NCBI GenBank assembly: GCA_964187785.1
Contig: OZ076417.1
Location: 61,008,001 to 61,072,000 of the forward strand
From: Amphiscolops sp. MND2022
Lineage: Eukaryota
Direction of reading: 5' to 3'
DNA length: 64,000 bases
In this document: one piece after another, positions 24,521-35,797 of the stretch
Layout of the letters: the number at the start of each line of letters is the position of its first letter
Position numbering within the stretch: the first letter of the stretch is position 1
Program-made: the position numbers and the translations under genes
The notes under the pieces: model-generated
Seen by the model: only the letters and a program-made list of their open reading frames with translations
The model's database searches: none
Told to the model about the DNA's origin: nothing

Positions 24521-25696
24521 TGCATTGAGTTTTCTCTAGATCTTCGTTTCTATTAAAATCTCATGGAAACTCATCTCTCAAACTACTTCTGAAGTTGCGG
24601 TTTAGGGCTTCTTCAGATCTACATCCCTGTCTTCTGCCCGGGACTTCCCATCTCCTATCAGGTACTTGTCCTTGTCCGAACCTTAAGGTGGTCTGGATCT
24701 GAGGCAGAACTTGTTCGTTTATAGCCTCAATTATAGTTATTTGAATTGTGAACTCACACTACTCATAAGGTCTTTCATTTCCTGGCTAATTCGTTGGTTT
24801 AATTCCTCCAACCTATTGATTCCGCTGCTGGAATCAACCTCTTCCGAATTACGGCCAGTTCCGGCATAACCCCTAATCTCGCCTTCTGTAGAATTAGAGT
24901 GAGAATTCACATCATGATTCGTCAATGCATTGTAGCTAGGACTTTCTAGTCTTCAAACAGAGTTGCTCGGTTCACTTTTTTTTCTTTCTAGCTGATTACT
25001 GCCAATCAATATATCTAGATTTTCAATGTCTGATAACTTATGAGCTTCTCTCAACTTTCTTGCATTACTTGTTTGTTTCCTTGCAGTAGGCATGAAGAAG
25101 ACCCAATAGTAATAATTGAATTATTTTATCGAAAAATGAGCGTTTAATAAAGGTCTTGAACACTGAATAATTCGGAAGACTTGTGACAATCTCCAGGAGT
25201 TGGAGGTATATATACCCCTTAAGGCATGACAATCACTTTTTTTACATATCATCAATTGTTGTTTAAATACATCATCTGAAAGAAAATCATATGAATCCTG
25301 CTTATGACACTCCTGAAGAATCACCTAACCGTCAACGTCAAGGAACATCAAAGCAACAGGGGTTTCTCGAAGTGGTTAAACTACCTTCTGAAAGCACCTT
25401 CAAACGAATAATCAATCAAGCATCCTTATCAATCAAAACAACTTCTCAAAGATGTCAACAAATAGTAAAGGGTTTTAAAATTATGCATCATCATCAATCT
25501 TAAGCACGGGTTGACGCGTGAGACATAATAGACTATATAAATAGAGCAGATTTCAAATTACTTGTGAGGGGCTATTTAAAGTGGTAGCCTGATTCGGCCA
25601 ACTAATTCAGTGTCATGTTTTAAATAAACAGCCGGGACCAGTCCAAAGATCAGTACTTACAACATCAAATAAACTAAGTAATGTTTGCATCAAACA
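24521..25696 (-). mobile_element. Probable older solo LTR carrying a decayed ~190-codon ORF
   Basis: The minus strand reads MPTARKQTSNARKLREAHKLSDIENLDIL...NRLEELNQRISQEMKDLMSSVSSQ from 25093 to about 24521, with stops. Termini TGT.../...TGCA with a possible 4-bp TSD TAAA; the right boundary is uncertain. Confidence 0.35.
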
Positions 25697-27439
25697 TAAA
25701 TGTTCATTGCTTTTCATCACACTAATAACAATTGCGCTGTCAATACATGAGATAATATCACCATAAGCAGAATAATGGATCAATGGTATCAATAGAAAAA
25801 CCGGCCGGAACCGGCCAATCGTCTAATTTTTTACTAAGCATCATCAAAGCACAGTCAATTGGCCGTAATCGAGAAATAATTTTACTGCGTACATGTTTGG
25901 AGAACTGTGATTGGTTGCTTGTTCGCCGGAAAGTCTCGTTGCCGTTTTAGTACAGGAGCTCATTTGAACTCTTTTCCGTACGTCTACGCAGTAATTCACT
26001 TTTGCATTGCAATCGTAATTCTCATAGCTAATTTGCATTCCAACGCTTTGAACAATTCACACTTCAATCTGAATAATCTAGCTATTCTAAACAGACTAAG
26101 AGTACAAAATATCAAATCATTTTATAAATAATGATAAATGGTAGATTAAGTTTCAATTTAAGTTTTGCAGAGTGTTAGTATGTCGGCAGCGTACATGTTG
26201 CGGCTTTTTGTCCAACCGTCGACGTTGTTATCCTATTTCCGTCACAGGCGGCAGCCTGTGAAAATAAACTATTGTCAAAATGAATGATTTTCCAGGAGAA
26301 TGATTTTTAGAATAGAGTTGACTCTACACCACGATTGAACCCAAAAATGCTCATAACAAAATCAACTTGAGTAATTATTCCAGTCGTTGTTTCAAGGAAA
26401 AGCGCACTATATTAGGCAGCAAAAAATTGTCCACAAACTTCTGGACTTATCAAATGAACAGTTTTTCAGGGAATGTTGACATTATGCAAAAGAAATCTGG
26501 AATGCAACTCACAATTTGCAGCGAAACTAGTGGCTGAAAGATAAAGATATCATCAACTGAAATCCATCAATGCTGAAAAACAATTTCTCTGTTTTAACTG
26601 CAAAAATTAAAATTCAGGTCACAACTGCTTACGTATAAAAGACTAGAAGCTCCTTTGTGAACAATTGGAAGGTGATGAAATGATGAAATTGGACAAGCAA
26701 AAGTTCCATCAATACTATAACATTCACCCAAGGGACTTGAAAAGTGTCGCCGCGTCGAAAAACAAGGAAGCAAATTTGCACACTTTTTCTCCAAATTCCT
26801 CCATTTTTGAGGGCGCTCAACTTGTATGGATGTTGAAGTTGCATCGATGTTCATAGAAGTACTTCCAAAATGTGCAAAATGCAGCGAAAATTATTAATGT
26901 TTAACGACAATTTAGTACAACATGCACCGCTTGGGAATTGGGAATGGTGATTATAGTTGAAATTTGGCAATGGGAATTTGAAATTTTCTTGGACCTGGCT
27001 AAATGTTCTACGCGGACACTACACAACGTTGAGTTGTAGCGTGGAATCTCCGACTAAACCGAATTGAATGAACGGAAGCACGCACCCAGTTCAAAACACT
27101 ATTCAATGTAGCTATAAACTGATAACTAAAATGGAAATCTTGTAGAAAATGTTGAAACCAACTTGTACTTTTGTAACAATCGGCTCCTCAGAAGTTGCCA
27201 AGTGTAGATTTTCACAGGTGCATTTTCAGAAGTGCTCATGTCGAAGTCGATGACTTTTTGTTGTCAAAGGTGGCTTTTATCAGCCCAATATATTTGAAGG
27301 ATGAAAAATAATTTCTGAGAGAGTTAATAAATTACATTTTCTTTGAGTGAACAACTAATATGAACATAGTTAAAAGATTGAATTCCAACTTTTCAAATAC
27401 TCATGAAATCATATTTCAAAGAATAACTATGCCTTTTCA

Positions 27440-27720
27440 ATCTGAATTTCGCCGAAATGAATGTCAATTCCGCCTGAACAAAATTGAAAATCGCCAACGT
27501 GCAACTCAACATTGCCAAACAAAGAATCAATTTTGCATGAACGAAATTCATCTCCGCCGTAGCGAAACTCAATTTCACACAAAAAATCGTTTCTAATTTG
27601 GCAAAATTCAGTTTCAAATCGGCGAAATTTTTTTCACGAAAGCGAAATTGAAATTCGTTCACGCGATCTTGATTTTCATCTTGGCAAAGTTCAATTTCAT
27701 TTTGGCAAAATTGACATGGA
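27440..27720. repeat. Degenerate ~21-bp repeats (GAAATTCAATTTCGCC-like) in both orientations
   Basis: Recurrent AATTC/TTCGCC/GGCAAAATT motifs; these explain the 7-aa periodic ORF 27393-27839. Confidence 0.6.
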
Positions 27721-28563
27721 AAAGGTATAGAACGTGGTGAAATAAAAACAGGACGTTTTATTTGGGGTGGATGTTCAATTTGCGATAAAGAATGAAGCAA
27801 TATTCGGGATACTGCTATTAAACTGCTCCGCGTTTCCACATCTAACCACTTTCATGCTGCAGAAATGAATGTTTGTCTTCGAGACAAGTTTAATTGGTCA
27901 ACAAAAGTCTCGCACTTTCGTCATCTTCTGTTTTCGCAACGCCATGAATGTCAACTTTGAATCAGAAATGAGATTCTTTCTCATAAGATGAAAGCTCTCA
28001 ATCACAATACATGTACACGTATGGGTGAAATATGGAGAAATCAATCGCGTGTTTAAACAGTTTTTTTGAACTTGCAATGCTTCTACTTCTAGCAAATTAA
28101 AACCAAACAGTTTTTCAGCTGTTTTTAAAAGCCTCTCTAAAAATTGAAACAAAGATATTGTCCGGAAATGAATTTAAAGACTCTACAGAATCGCCAATTT
28201 GTCGGGATTGGTTCCAGTTGGGACTGAAAGGCTAAAAAACCGTCAATAACTGAAACAGTTCAAATGTCCAACAAAAATGTCTGTGTTGTAATGTGAAGTT
28301 ACGAGAAATTAGTTTCAACAAAACTGTATTTTCTAGCTATTTCAAGCGTACTGAGTGTAAAATCTTTTGATTGATGCCAAAGATTTGTATGAGAAGAAAC
28401 GTCTATTTAACTTTTTCAATGAGAAAGCCAAACAAGAGAATAATTACCGCCAACTCAAAGTTTGATCACCAAATTACAAAAGAATATGACTCACTTTTTG
28501 ATCTGAATAGCAAGGCCTTTTTGAGAGTATTTTAGAGAATTTAAATAAAAGGTAAAATATTTC

Positions 28564-28634
28564 GGACTTGTGGGAATCGAACCCACGACCTTACGATCGG
28601 AAACCTACTATGCTACCACTGCGCTAAATCGTCC
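28564..28634 (-). other. tRNA(Gly)-like sequence in the BEL 3' LTR
   Basis: Minus strand GGACGATTTAGCGCAGTGGTAGCATAGTAGGTTTCCGATCGTAAGGTCGTGGGTTCGATTCCCACAAGTCC: A box, B box GGTTCGATTCC, perfect T stem GTGGG/CCCAC, TTTT shortly downstream; the anticodon stem does not pair. Confidence 0.8.
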
Positions 28635-28843
28635 TATTATTTGTTTGTTTTAATTCCATCTTATTTGTACTGCTGCCGCAACATCCTCCGGGCCCAAGAA
28701 GATGAAGAATGTTAAAATGTCAAAAACAAACTTTTTTTTCTCGATTTTATTTTCATGTTTTCCATAATCAGTTTGGAATGAAAATTCATGATACATATTT
28801 TGAAGATACATGTGGTTCAAAAGTTAAGTACAATTAAAATGGA

Positions 28844-31800
28844 TTATGATAAATCAATTAAATCAGGGGAAGGAAGGACTGGGGCTAGTTTCACGACCGG
28901 ACGGACAAGGTTTCCAGATGTGGTTTTAACTTCGGCAGAGCGAGCGACAGCATCGCTGCCAAAATGGAGTTTGATGACACGTGCGAGAGGGTAGTAGCCT
29001 CTCGGGTTAGTAGGTTCTACAATCCAAACGAGATCTCCGGTTTTCAATTGCCTGTTGGACTGTGTGCTCCACTTTGAGCGACGATTCAAAGTCGGCACGT
29101 ACTCTTTAAGCCACCTGTTCCAGATAGCGTCAGAATAAGCTTGGGCGCGTGCATATCGCTTGCGGTGGTCAAAATCACAGTTAGCATGGGACGGTAGAGA
29201 CGATCCAGCTGTTCCAAGCAAGAAGTGGTTAGGTGTCAAAGCATCCAAGTCGGTTGCATCTGCGCTTGCTGGAATCAGCGGACGAGCGTTGAGGCTCTGC
29301 TCCACAAGACAAAACACCGTTGTTAGTATTTCGTCTGTCAAGCGACGGTTGCCGAGTATCGCATAGAAAGTATGCTTAAAACTTCTCACTAGCCTTTCCC
29401 AGACACCGCTATGGTGTGGAGCACTAGGAGGATTAAACTTCCAGCTGACACCTTTCTTTACCATAGACTCAGCAATTGACTGTTGATTCCACTTGAGAAC
29501 GTTCTGGAGGAGTTCTTTCTCTGACGCAACAAAATTAGTCCCATTGTCTGACAAGATAACAGAAGGGATGCCCCTACGGGAAACAAATCTCTCAATTCCC
29601 ATGACGCAACTGCTAGTGTCCATTGATGGCACAACTTCGAAATGGACAGCGCGAGTTGTAAGACATGTGAAGAGAAATCCCCACCGCTTCTCTGTGGAGC
29701 GTTTAACGGAGACGTAGAAGGGGCCAAAGTAGTCTAAGCCAGTATTTGTAAAGGGTCGCGATGAAAAGGCCAAGCGTTCTTTCGGTAGATCGGCCATAAT
29801 CGGGGTCAGCGTTTCCGCTTTACGTTTGCGACATGTTACGCATCTGGTTTGAATCGTTCTCAATGTCGTTCGCAGTTTGACAATGGCAAACTTCTGTTGT
29901 ATCAAGGCTCTCAAGTACTCTACGCCTTGATGGCAGTGCTTCTCATGAAGATGTTCTAAAAATAAACGAACTGCGGGGTGCCGGCTATCGAGTAAAATAG
30001 GGTGTTTGACGTCAAAGTTGGCAATTTCCAGATGTTTTGTTCGACCTTGAGCACGGAGAAGGCCGTTTGGACCGATAAAGGGGGAGAAATCTTTTATAAC
30101 TGAAGGCTTGCTCAATGAACAAGTCTTCAGCAGATTTTTTATTTCGTTCGGGAACGTTTCGGAATGTACCAAGAAGAACAATTTTTGTTCAGCACTTTCA
30201 AGCTCAACAGGATCAGTAATTGCTCCTGTTTTAGTTCTGTTACCAGAGAATCTCGGCAAAATACGCAAAATGAAAGCAACAATGCGCAAAAGTTTCTCGT
30301 ACGAGCTGTACCTTTGCCATTCGAGAGTTAGGACATTAGGAGTTACACTTGCGGTATTTGCTGTTGTCTCTTGGTAGACTGAGTCGGCGTTGATTTCATT
30401 GGAATCATAGTTTTTCAATTTATTTTTCAAGATCTCTTCCGACGGCTGAAAAGGCCAATCAGGAGTCATCAAGAACTTGGGACCTTTGAGCCAAGGACTG
30501 TCAAAAAGGGATTTTGCCGGCAGACCGCGCGTGCCCGCGTCTGCCGGGTTGTCGGCTGTTGGCACGTGGTTCCATTCATCAACTGTCGTCAACTCAAGAA
30601 CTTCGGCAACTCTGTTGGCGACAAATACGGGTTTTTTGTCAATGGAATGGAGCCATTGGAGCACAGTTGTACTATCGGTCCACATGAACGTTCGCTCAAC
30701 AGGTACCGTGAGTGCTTGTTGAACTTCATCCTTTAGTCGGGCTGCTAAGAGTGCGGCTTGGAGTTCCAATTTCGGTATTGTGAGCGCTTTCATCGGGGCA
30801 ACACGAGCTTTCCCAAAGACAAAGGCTAACTGGGTTTCAGTCCTCTCGTTGCAGCTCACTCGCGCACGGAGGAAAGCAACAGCGGCAAAGACATCTTGAG
30901 AGCTGTCGCCGAAAACGTGTAACTCAACACTTCTCATGGTTCCACGAAAATAACATCTCGGAATGGTTATTTCGCTCAAATTGGGGAGCTCTGCGGCCCA
31001 TTCAAGAAACTTTTTGCTAACGTTGTTAGGCAGATTGTTGTCCCATTGTTGCCCACTCAGGCGCCAAATGTCTTTCAACAAAAGGCGGGCTGTTACAGTA
31101 TATGGTGCCGCAAGACCAATGGGATCATACACCGCGGACACTAAACTAAGGACAACACGCTGTGTTACTGGTCGATTCAAGTCAGGTGTAGTTCCTCTGC
31201 TGACAACCAAGGTGTCACGACTATGGTTCCATTTCAAACCCAAAACATGAGAAGTGTCTTCATCTGTTACTAAGACTTTCTCGTTCGATTCGGCAGGCAG
31301 TTGATATTTGGGGTCGACGATTTTCACCAATCCTGGAACATTACTGACAAACTTGGTTAGGTTGAAACCACCTTTGGCTAACATTTCGACAAGATCTTGA
31401 GCCTTCTTGGTTGCTTCGTTGATGGTGGGGCTTGATTCAAGATAATCGTCCATGTAAAAATTGTTTTCGACACTGTTGGCGGCTTCAAGAAATTGGATTC
31501 GGTTGTCACGAGCAGTCTGTTGCAAAGCGTAGTTGGCACACGTTGGCGAATCCTTCGAACCGAAGATGTGACGTACGTATTGGTACACAGCGACGTCTGT
31601 TGCTGGGTCCTCCCGCCACAGAAAACGAAGAGACGGTCGGTCTTCAGGGATCACACCAACTTGTAAAAACATTCCCTCGATGTCAGCGGATACAGCATAG
31701 GGATGTTGTCGGAATCGCATGAGCACATGGATTAACGTTTGCAACAAGTCAGGACCAGTTAAAAGTTTGCTGTTCAGTGAAACACCATGAAATTTCGCTG

Positions 31801-34800
31801 CACCATTGAGTACACGGCGTACTTTTCCTGGCTTGTGAGAGTGGAACACTGGGTGGTGCGGTAGATACCACTCACGCGGATTGTCAATTCTGAAACAGTC
31901 TGACTTGTCGACTTGAACGATGTATCCCTTGTCGAAGTCGTCCTTAATGGTCTGAGCGTAACTCGCTTTCAGTTCAGGAGTTTTTTCGAGTCGGCGTTCA
32001 AGGGATTTCAATTGCACTAAGGCTGAAAAATAGTTGTTCGGGAGACTACTCTCGTCATCAGCCCACAACATACCGACCTGATATCGGCATCCGTCATGAT
32101 ATGTTGTTTCTTGCAAAATCTTCGACGCTCTAGCATCGTCAGCAGAGCGCGGGTGTATTTGTTTCATTGCAGCAAACGACTCCATTTCATACCAACTCCG
32201 AAGTTGATCGGCCAACTTGGAGTCAGCCTCGCTTTGCGTGACAGCTTTGAAGCAAGTCGAGACGAGTCCTGTAGTCGAAGGTAATGGTCCACTCAAAACC
32301 CAACCCAACGGTAATCGGACGGCAATTGGGGTATTTTTTCGGTCGGATTCAAAATACTCCAACGGGCGGATTGAGTGGAACACGTCTTGACCCAGTATCA
32401 TTTCGACGTCTCCATAAGTGTACTTGCTTAGAGCGACGGGCTCCAAATGAGGGTACTGTTGCTTCAATTGGTCAACATCAATGACATCGTTTCCAACATG
32501 CAAGTTTTTTCTGACGTAAGGTTTGACATCGAAAGTAGAGCAAGAGCCACCCGAATGAACAGGTGTCAACTTAAGCTCAACTATTTGAGTGTCAACAACT
32601 TGTTGAGAATTGATGCCATGAACAGTTAGTTTGGTCGGTAAGCCCTTTACGTTCAACTTGGTTGCGAGATCTTCGGAGATCCAAGAGTGACTGCAGGCTG
32701 AGTCACACAGTGCCAATACCTTGGCGGAAGTAGTCGAAGTGTGAACTTCAACTTCAGTAATTTGGAGCAGTCCTTTCACATCGGTCACGGAACAAACTCC
32801 GGAGCTCTCTCCAGCTTTATTCACAGTTGTTTTGAGGTTACGCGATCCAGTTGCTTGGTTACTGGACGATTTCGGTGTCGTTTTTGGTTGGAAAACTCTC
32901 TCTGCGCCATGTAGCAGGGTGTTATGAGAGCTGTTACATCCATCTTTGTTGCACTTTCGTGGTTGCGGACATTGTCGGAAAGAATGGTTTCCTTTCAGGC
33001 AGGAGAAACAAAGTTTGTTTTCGGCAACAATCTTTGCTCTGTCGGTCGGCGTTTTATCAAGGAACACGCGACAGCGCCACAGTGGATGGTTATCCTTGCA
33101 CACGTTACAGTTTAATTGCATTTGATTCGGTTTAGTTCTGGATTCTTTTGAAGATGCGCTAGAACTTGTTGCGGCAAAAACTTTCGTACCAGTCTTTGTT
33201 CGAGTAACTGATTGCGTACTTTCATCGCTCTTGGGCTTTGTGGTTGAGATTTTCATCCTCTCATGTGCTTCGGCTTTATCTTTCAACCATTCGTTAAATT
33301 CCAAGAGGGTTGGTCGGCTCCAATCTTTCTTGACAGTGTGCATAGACCAAGCTTCCCTCATGTTTGGGGGTAGTTTCTGCACGGCTTGACCCAATAAGGC
33401 TGCACTTGACAAATCGTGTTCGTATTTCAGCGAACGGAACACGCCAACCATAGCGGAAATTGTTGCAGAAAATGCTATCACATTCTCGCTGTTATGCATT
33501 TTCAATGGAGGGAAGCTATTCAGTTTGTCAAGATGAGCAGACACAACTGCCTGTGGTTGACCAAATTTCCGCTCGAGCGTCTTCAGTGCATCTTGGTACA
33601 TAGTCCCACAGTATGCAAATTCCACAATTGCTGCCTTCGCTTTGCCTGTCACAAGCGTTTTTAAATACGTCAGCTTAACATCATTCGAGAGTGGTGCGGA
33701 GTCGATAGCACTCCTAAACTGACCTATCCACTCGTGCCACTGCAATGGGTCTCCGCTATATTGCTCTAGTTTCCACTCAGGAAGATGGTCTTTTTTGGCA
33801 GCAGTCAGTAACTGCGCAAGGTCTTGGACAGCAACTGGAGTTAGCGTTGAAGGGGGAACGGTCGACTGGACTGTAGTCGGAAACGTTGAAACTGGAAAAT
33901 TCGCGGCGGCTGCTGTAGTCTGTCGAATTGGTAAAGTTGTTGTTGGAAATGTTGTCGCAAGAGGGTTACAGTAGAAGGTTGTTCCTCCACTTTGGATTGG
34001 TACAACTGGTGTGAAAATCCCGGTTGTGGTCACTATTGGTGTTGTAGTTGTGCTCGTTAACGTAACTGGTCCTCTTACAGGCTGCGGAACTGTAGCATGT
34101 ACTGTGGGGAGGTTACTCGGAGCCGGAAATGTCCAAGCAGACAAGTTCGGTATGACATGGCTCGTTGGAATGTTGACTTGAGTCATTGTCGTAGTAGGAG
34201 TGACAGAGAGTTGTACTGGCGGGTACATAGTCACTGGTACCGTCGCGGAGGAAACAGTATTCGTTGTAGTGTTCGCGGGTAGCGTACTGGTTAGCCTCGG
34301 ATTGGTCGGAACAGACGAAATTCCGAATGAGGGACTCTGGTTTTGTCCCTGGTTTTCTCCCAGTCCAATATTGAAATTAGCTGACGATCTCATCGGTAGC
34401 ATTGCTTGTTTCGTTTGAACAACATTGGTTGAGTCGGTAATGACTGTGGGAGTGGACGATCCAGCGACATTGTTCAGATCAACGGTATTGGTCTGCAGTT
34501 GATTTGAAACATTGTCGGGTTCATTGACTTCATTGACCCAGTTGGACACTCTCAGTGACGTGGTTTGCTTGGAGTGATTACTAATCTGAGAGAGTGTATC
34601 ATGAAGTTCGTCAGACGCCTGAGAAAAGTCGTCTGTCAACTCCAACTCAGTGAGCTTGACTTCGGCAAGTTTTCGTCTATTTTCTTCTTCCAGTTCTTGT
34701 AATTGGAGAGCTTGTTCTTCTTCCAACCGTTCTCTTTCGCGTTCCAATTGTTTTCGTGCTACCTCTTGTTTCTGTTTAGCCAAACGAATGGCATTTGCAT

Positions 34801-35272
34801 TTTGTCGTTCTAGTTCTTCTCGACGTTGGGTTGCTAGAAGAAGATCTTTTTGTCTTTGACTCGACGTTTTCGTTTTACCTGAAGTTGATGATCTTTTGGA
34901 GGCGCTTTTGTTGACTGTGCCGACTGATGAGCGGGACTTTACATCGGATCCGGTGCAACTGTCGATGTATTCACGAGCTTTTCTCAAAATTTCGTCGTTT
35001 TGCTCAGTGACTTCTCTCAACCATTTTTCTAAGTCGGCTTGAACTGTTTCCGAGTCAGAAGTTTTAGATGCAAGCGTAATCAGCTGTTCGTTTCTGGTAA
35101 ATGCTTTCGTCATTGCATCTTCGGTTTCCTTGACAAGACGTTCGACTCGAACCCTTCGATCTCCATTTGTAATGGAATCGAGGAGCTTTTGTTGGAGGGT
35201 GTTCAACTCAGTCTGCGCCTTCAATCGATTGTCGTAGAGTTTTTGAACTTTTTCTTGTTGGGAATCTGTCAT
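28844..35272 (-). CDS. BEL/Pao Gag-Pol polyprotein, 2142 aa, intact
   Basis: Gag with coiled coil and three Cys/His knuckles (CNVCKDNHPLWRC, CFSCLKGNHSFRQC, CNKDGCNSSHNTLLH); protease LCDSA; RT YMDD with WYLPHHPV and DIEGMFLQV; RNase H FGDSS...PKLELQAA...WTDS; integrase (CVTC, LDYFGP, SDNGTNF, WERLVRSFK). Confidence 0.97.
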   Translation of the reverse strand: MTDSQQEKVQKLYDNRLKAQTELNTLQQKLLDSITNGDRRVRVERLVKETEDAMTKAFTRNEQLITLASKTSDSETVQADLEKWLREVTEQNDEILRKAREYIDSCTGSDVKSRSSVGTVNKSASKRSSTSGKTKTSSQRQKDLLLATQRREELERQNANAIRLAKQKQEVARKQLERERERLEEEQALQLQELEEENRRKLAEVKLTELELTDDFSQASDELHDTLSQISNHSKQTTSLRVSNWVNEVNEPDNVSNQLQTNTVDLNNVAGSSTPTVITDSTNVVQTKQAMLPMRSSANFNIGLGENQGQNQSPSFGISSVPTNPRLTSTLPANTTTNTVSSATVPVTMYPPVQLSVTPTTTMTQVNIPTSHVIPNLSAWTFPAPSNLPTVHATVPQPVRGPVTLTSTTTTPIVTTTGIFTPVVPIQSGGTTFYCNPLATTFPTTTLPIRQTTAAAANFPVSTFPTTVQSTVPPSTLTPVAVQDLAQLLTAAKKDHLPEWKLEQYSGDPLQWHEWIGQFRSAIDSAPLSNDVKLTYLKTLVTGKAKAAIVEFAYCGTMYQDALKTLERKFGQPQAVVSAHLDKLNSFPPLKMHNSENVIAFSATISAMVGVFRSLKYEHDLSSAALLGQAVQKLPPNMREAWSMHTVKKDWSRPTLLEFNEWLKDKAEAHERMKISTTKPKSDESTQSVTRTKTGTKVFAATSSSASSKESRTKPNQMQLNCNVCKDNHPLWRCRVFLDKTPTDRAKIVAENKLCFSCLKGNHSFRQCPQPRKCNKDGCNSSHNTLLHGAERVFQPKTTPKSSSNQATGSRNLKTTVNKAGESSGVCSVTDVKGLLQITEVEVHTSTTSAKVLALCDSACSHSWISEDLATKLNVKGLPTKLTVHGINSQQVVDTQIVELKLTPVHSGGSCSTFDVKPYVRKNLHVGNDVIDVDQLKQQYPHLEPVALSKYTYGDVEMILGQDVFHSIRPLEYFESDRKNTPIAVRLPLGWVLSGPLPSTTGLVSTCFKAVTQSEADSKLADQLRSWYEMESFAAMKQIHPRSADDARASKILQETTYHDGCRYQVGMLWADDESSLPNNYFSALVQLKSLERRLEKTPELKASYAQTIKDDFDKGYIVQVDKSDCFRIDNPREWYLPHHPVFHSHKPGKVRRVLNGAAKFHGVSLNSKLLTGPDLLQTLIHVLMRFRQHPYAVSADIEGMFLQVGVIPEDRPSLRFLWREDPATDVAVYQYVRHIFGSKDSPTCANYALQQTARDNRIQFLEAANSVENNFYMDDYLESSPTINEATKKAQDLVEMLAKGGFNLTKFVSNVPGLVKIVDPKYQLPAESNEKVLVTDEDTSHVLGLKWNHSRDTLVVSRGTTPDLNRPVTQRVVLSLVSAVYDPIGLAAPYTVTARLLLKDIWRLSGQQWDNNLPNNVSKKFLEWAAELPNLSEITIPRCYFRGTMRSVELHVFGDSSQDVFAAVAFLRARVSCNERTETQLAFVFGKARVAPMKALTIPKLELQAALLAARLKDEVQQALTVPVERTFMWTDSTTVLQWLHSIDKKPVFVANRVAEVLELTTVDEWNHVPTADNPADAGTRGLPAKSLFDSPWLKGPKFLMTPDWPFQPSEEILKNKLKNYDSNEINADSVYQETTANTASVTPNVLTLEWQRYSSYEKLLRIVAFILRILPRFSGNRTKTGAITDPVELESAEQKLFFLVHSETFPNEIKNLLKTCSLSKPSVIKDFSPFIGPNGLLRAQGRTKHLEIANFDVKHPILLDSRHPAVRLFLEHLHEKHCHQGVEYLRALIQQKFAIVKLRTTLRTIQTRCVTCRKRKAETLTPIMADLPKERLAFSSRPFTNTGLDYFGPFYVSVKRSTEKRWGFLFTCLTTRAVHFEVVPSMDTSSCVMGIERFVSRRGIPSVILSDNGTNFVASEKELLQNVLKWNQQSIAESMVKKGVSWKFNPPSAPHHSGVWERLVRSFKHTFYAILGNRRLTDEILTTVFCLVEQSLNARPLIPASADATDLDALTPNHFLLGTAGSSLPSHANCDFDHRKRYARAQAYSDAIWNRWLKEYVPTLNRRSKWSTQSNRQLKTGDLVWIVEPTNPRGYYPLARVIKLHFGSDAVARSAEVKTTSGNLVRPVVKLAPVLPSPDLIDLS

Positions 35273-35372
35273 CTTGCCTGTTTTTTTTTGTTTAGGCTAA
35301 AAGAAGACAGTCACGATGGGTCGCACGGTGTACGACAGATTAAAAGGGAACACGCTGCTGTTTAGGGTAGCT

Positions 35373-35520
35373 CAAACTTTGTTTCTCCTGCCTGAAAGGA
35401 AACCATTCTTTCCGACAATGTCCGCAACCACGAAAGTGCAACAAAGATGGATGTAACAGCTCTCATAACACCCTGCTACATGGCGCAGAGAGAGTTTTCC
35501 AACCAAAAACGACACCGAAA
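35373..35520 (+). repeat. 148-bp inverted duplication of BEL gag (copy of 32870-33017)
   Basis: The plus strand translates KLCFSCLKGNHSFRQCPQPRKCNKDGCNSSHNTLLHGAERVFQPKTTPK, the reverse complement of 32870-33017. Confidence 0.93.
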
Positions 35521-35726
35521 AGGTGGGCAGAGAAACAAAATTAGAGTTTGTATGAGAAGAAACGTCTATTTAACTTTTTCAATGAGAAAGCCAAACAAGA
35601 GAATAATTACCGCCAACTCAAAGTTTGATCACCAAATTACAAAAGAATATGACTCACTTTTTGATCTGAATAGCAAGGCCTTTTTGAGAGTATTTTAGAG
35701 AATTTAAATAAAAGGTAAAATATTTC

Positions 35727-35797
35727 GGACTTGTGGGAATCGAACCCACGACCTTACGATCGGAAAGCTACTATGCTACCACTGCGCTAAATCGTCC
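35727..35797 (-). other. tRNA(Gly)-like sequence in the BEL 5' LTR
   Basis: Same cassette as 28564-28634, differing by one base (the only difference between the two LTRs). Confidence 0.8.

Noticed and set aside
27393-27839. 148-aa heptad-like ORF
   Set aside because: It is produced by ~21-bp degenerate DNA repeats present in both orientations; there is no other coding evidence.
28564-28634. Functional tRNA gene
   Set aside because: The anticodon stem does not pair, the acceptor stem has a bulge, and it is part of an LTR.
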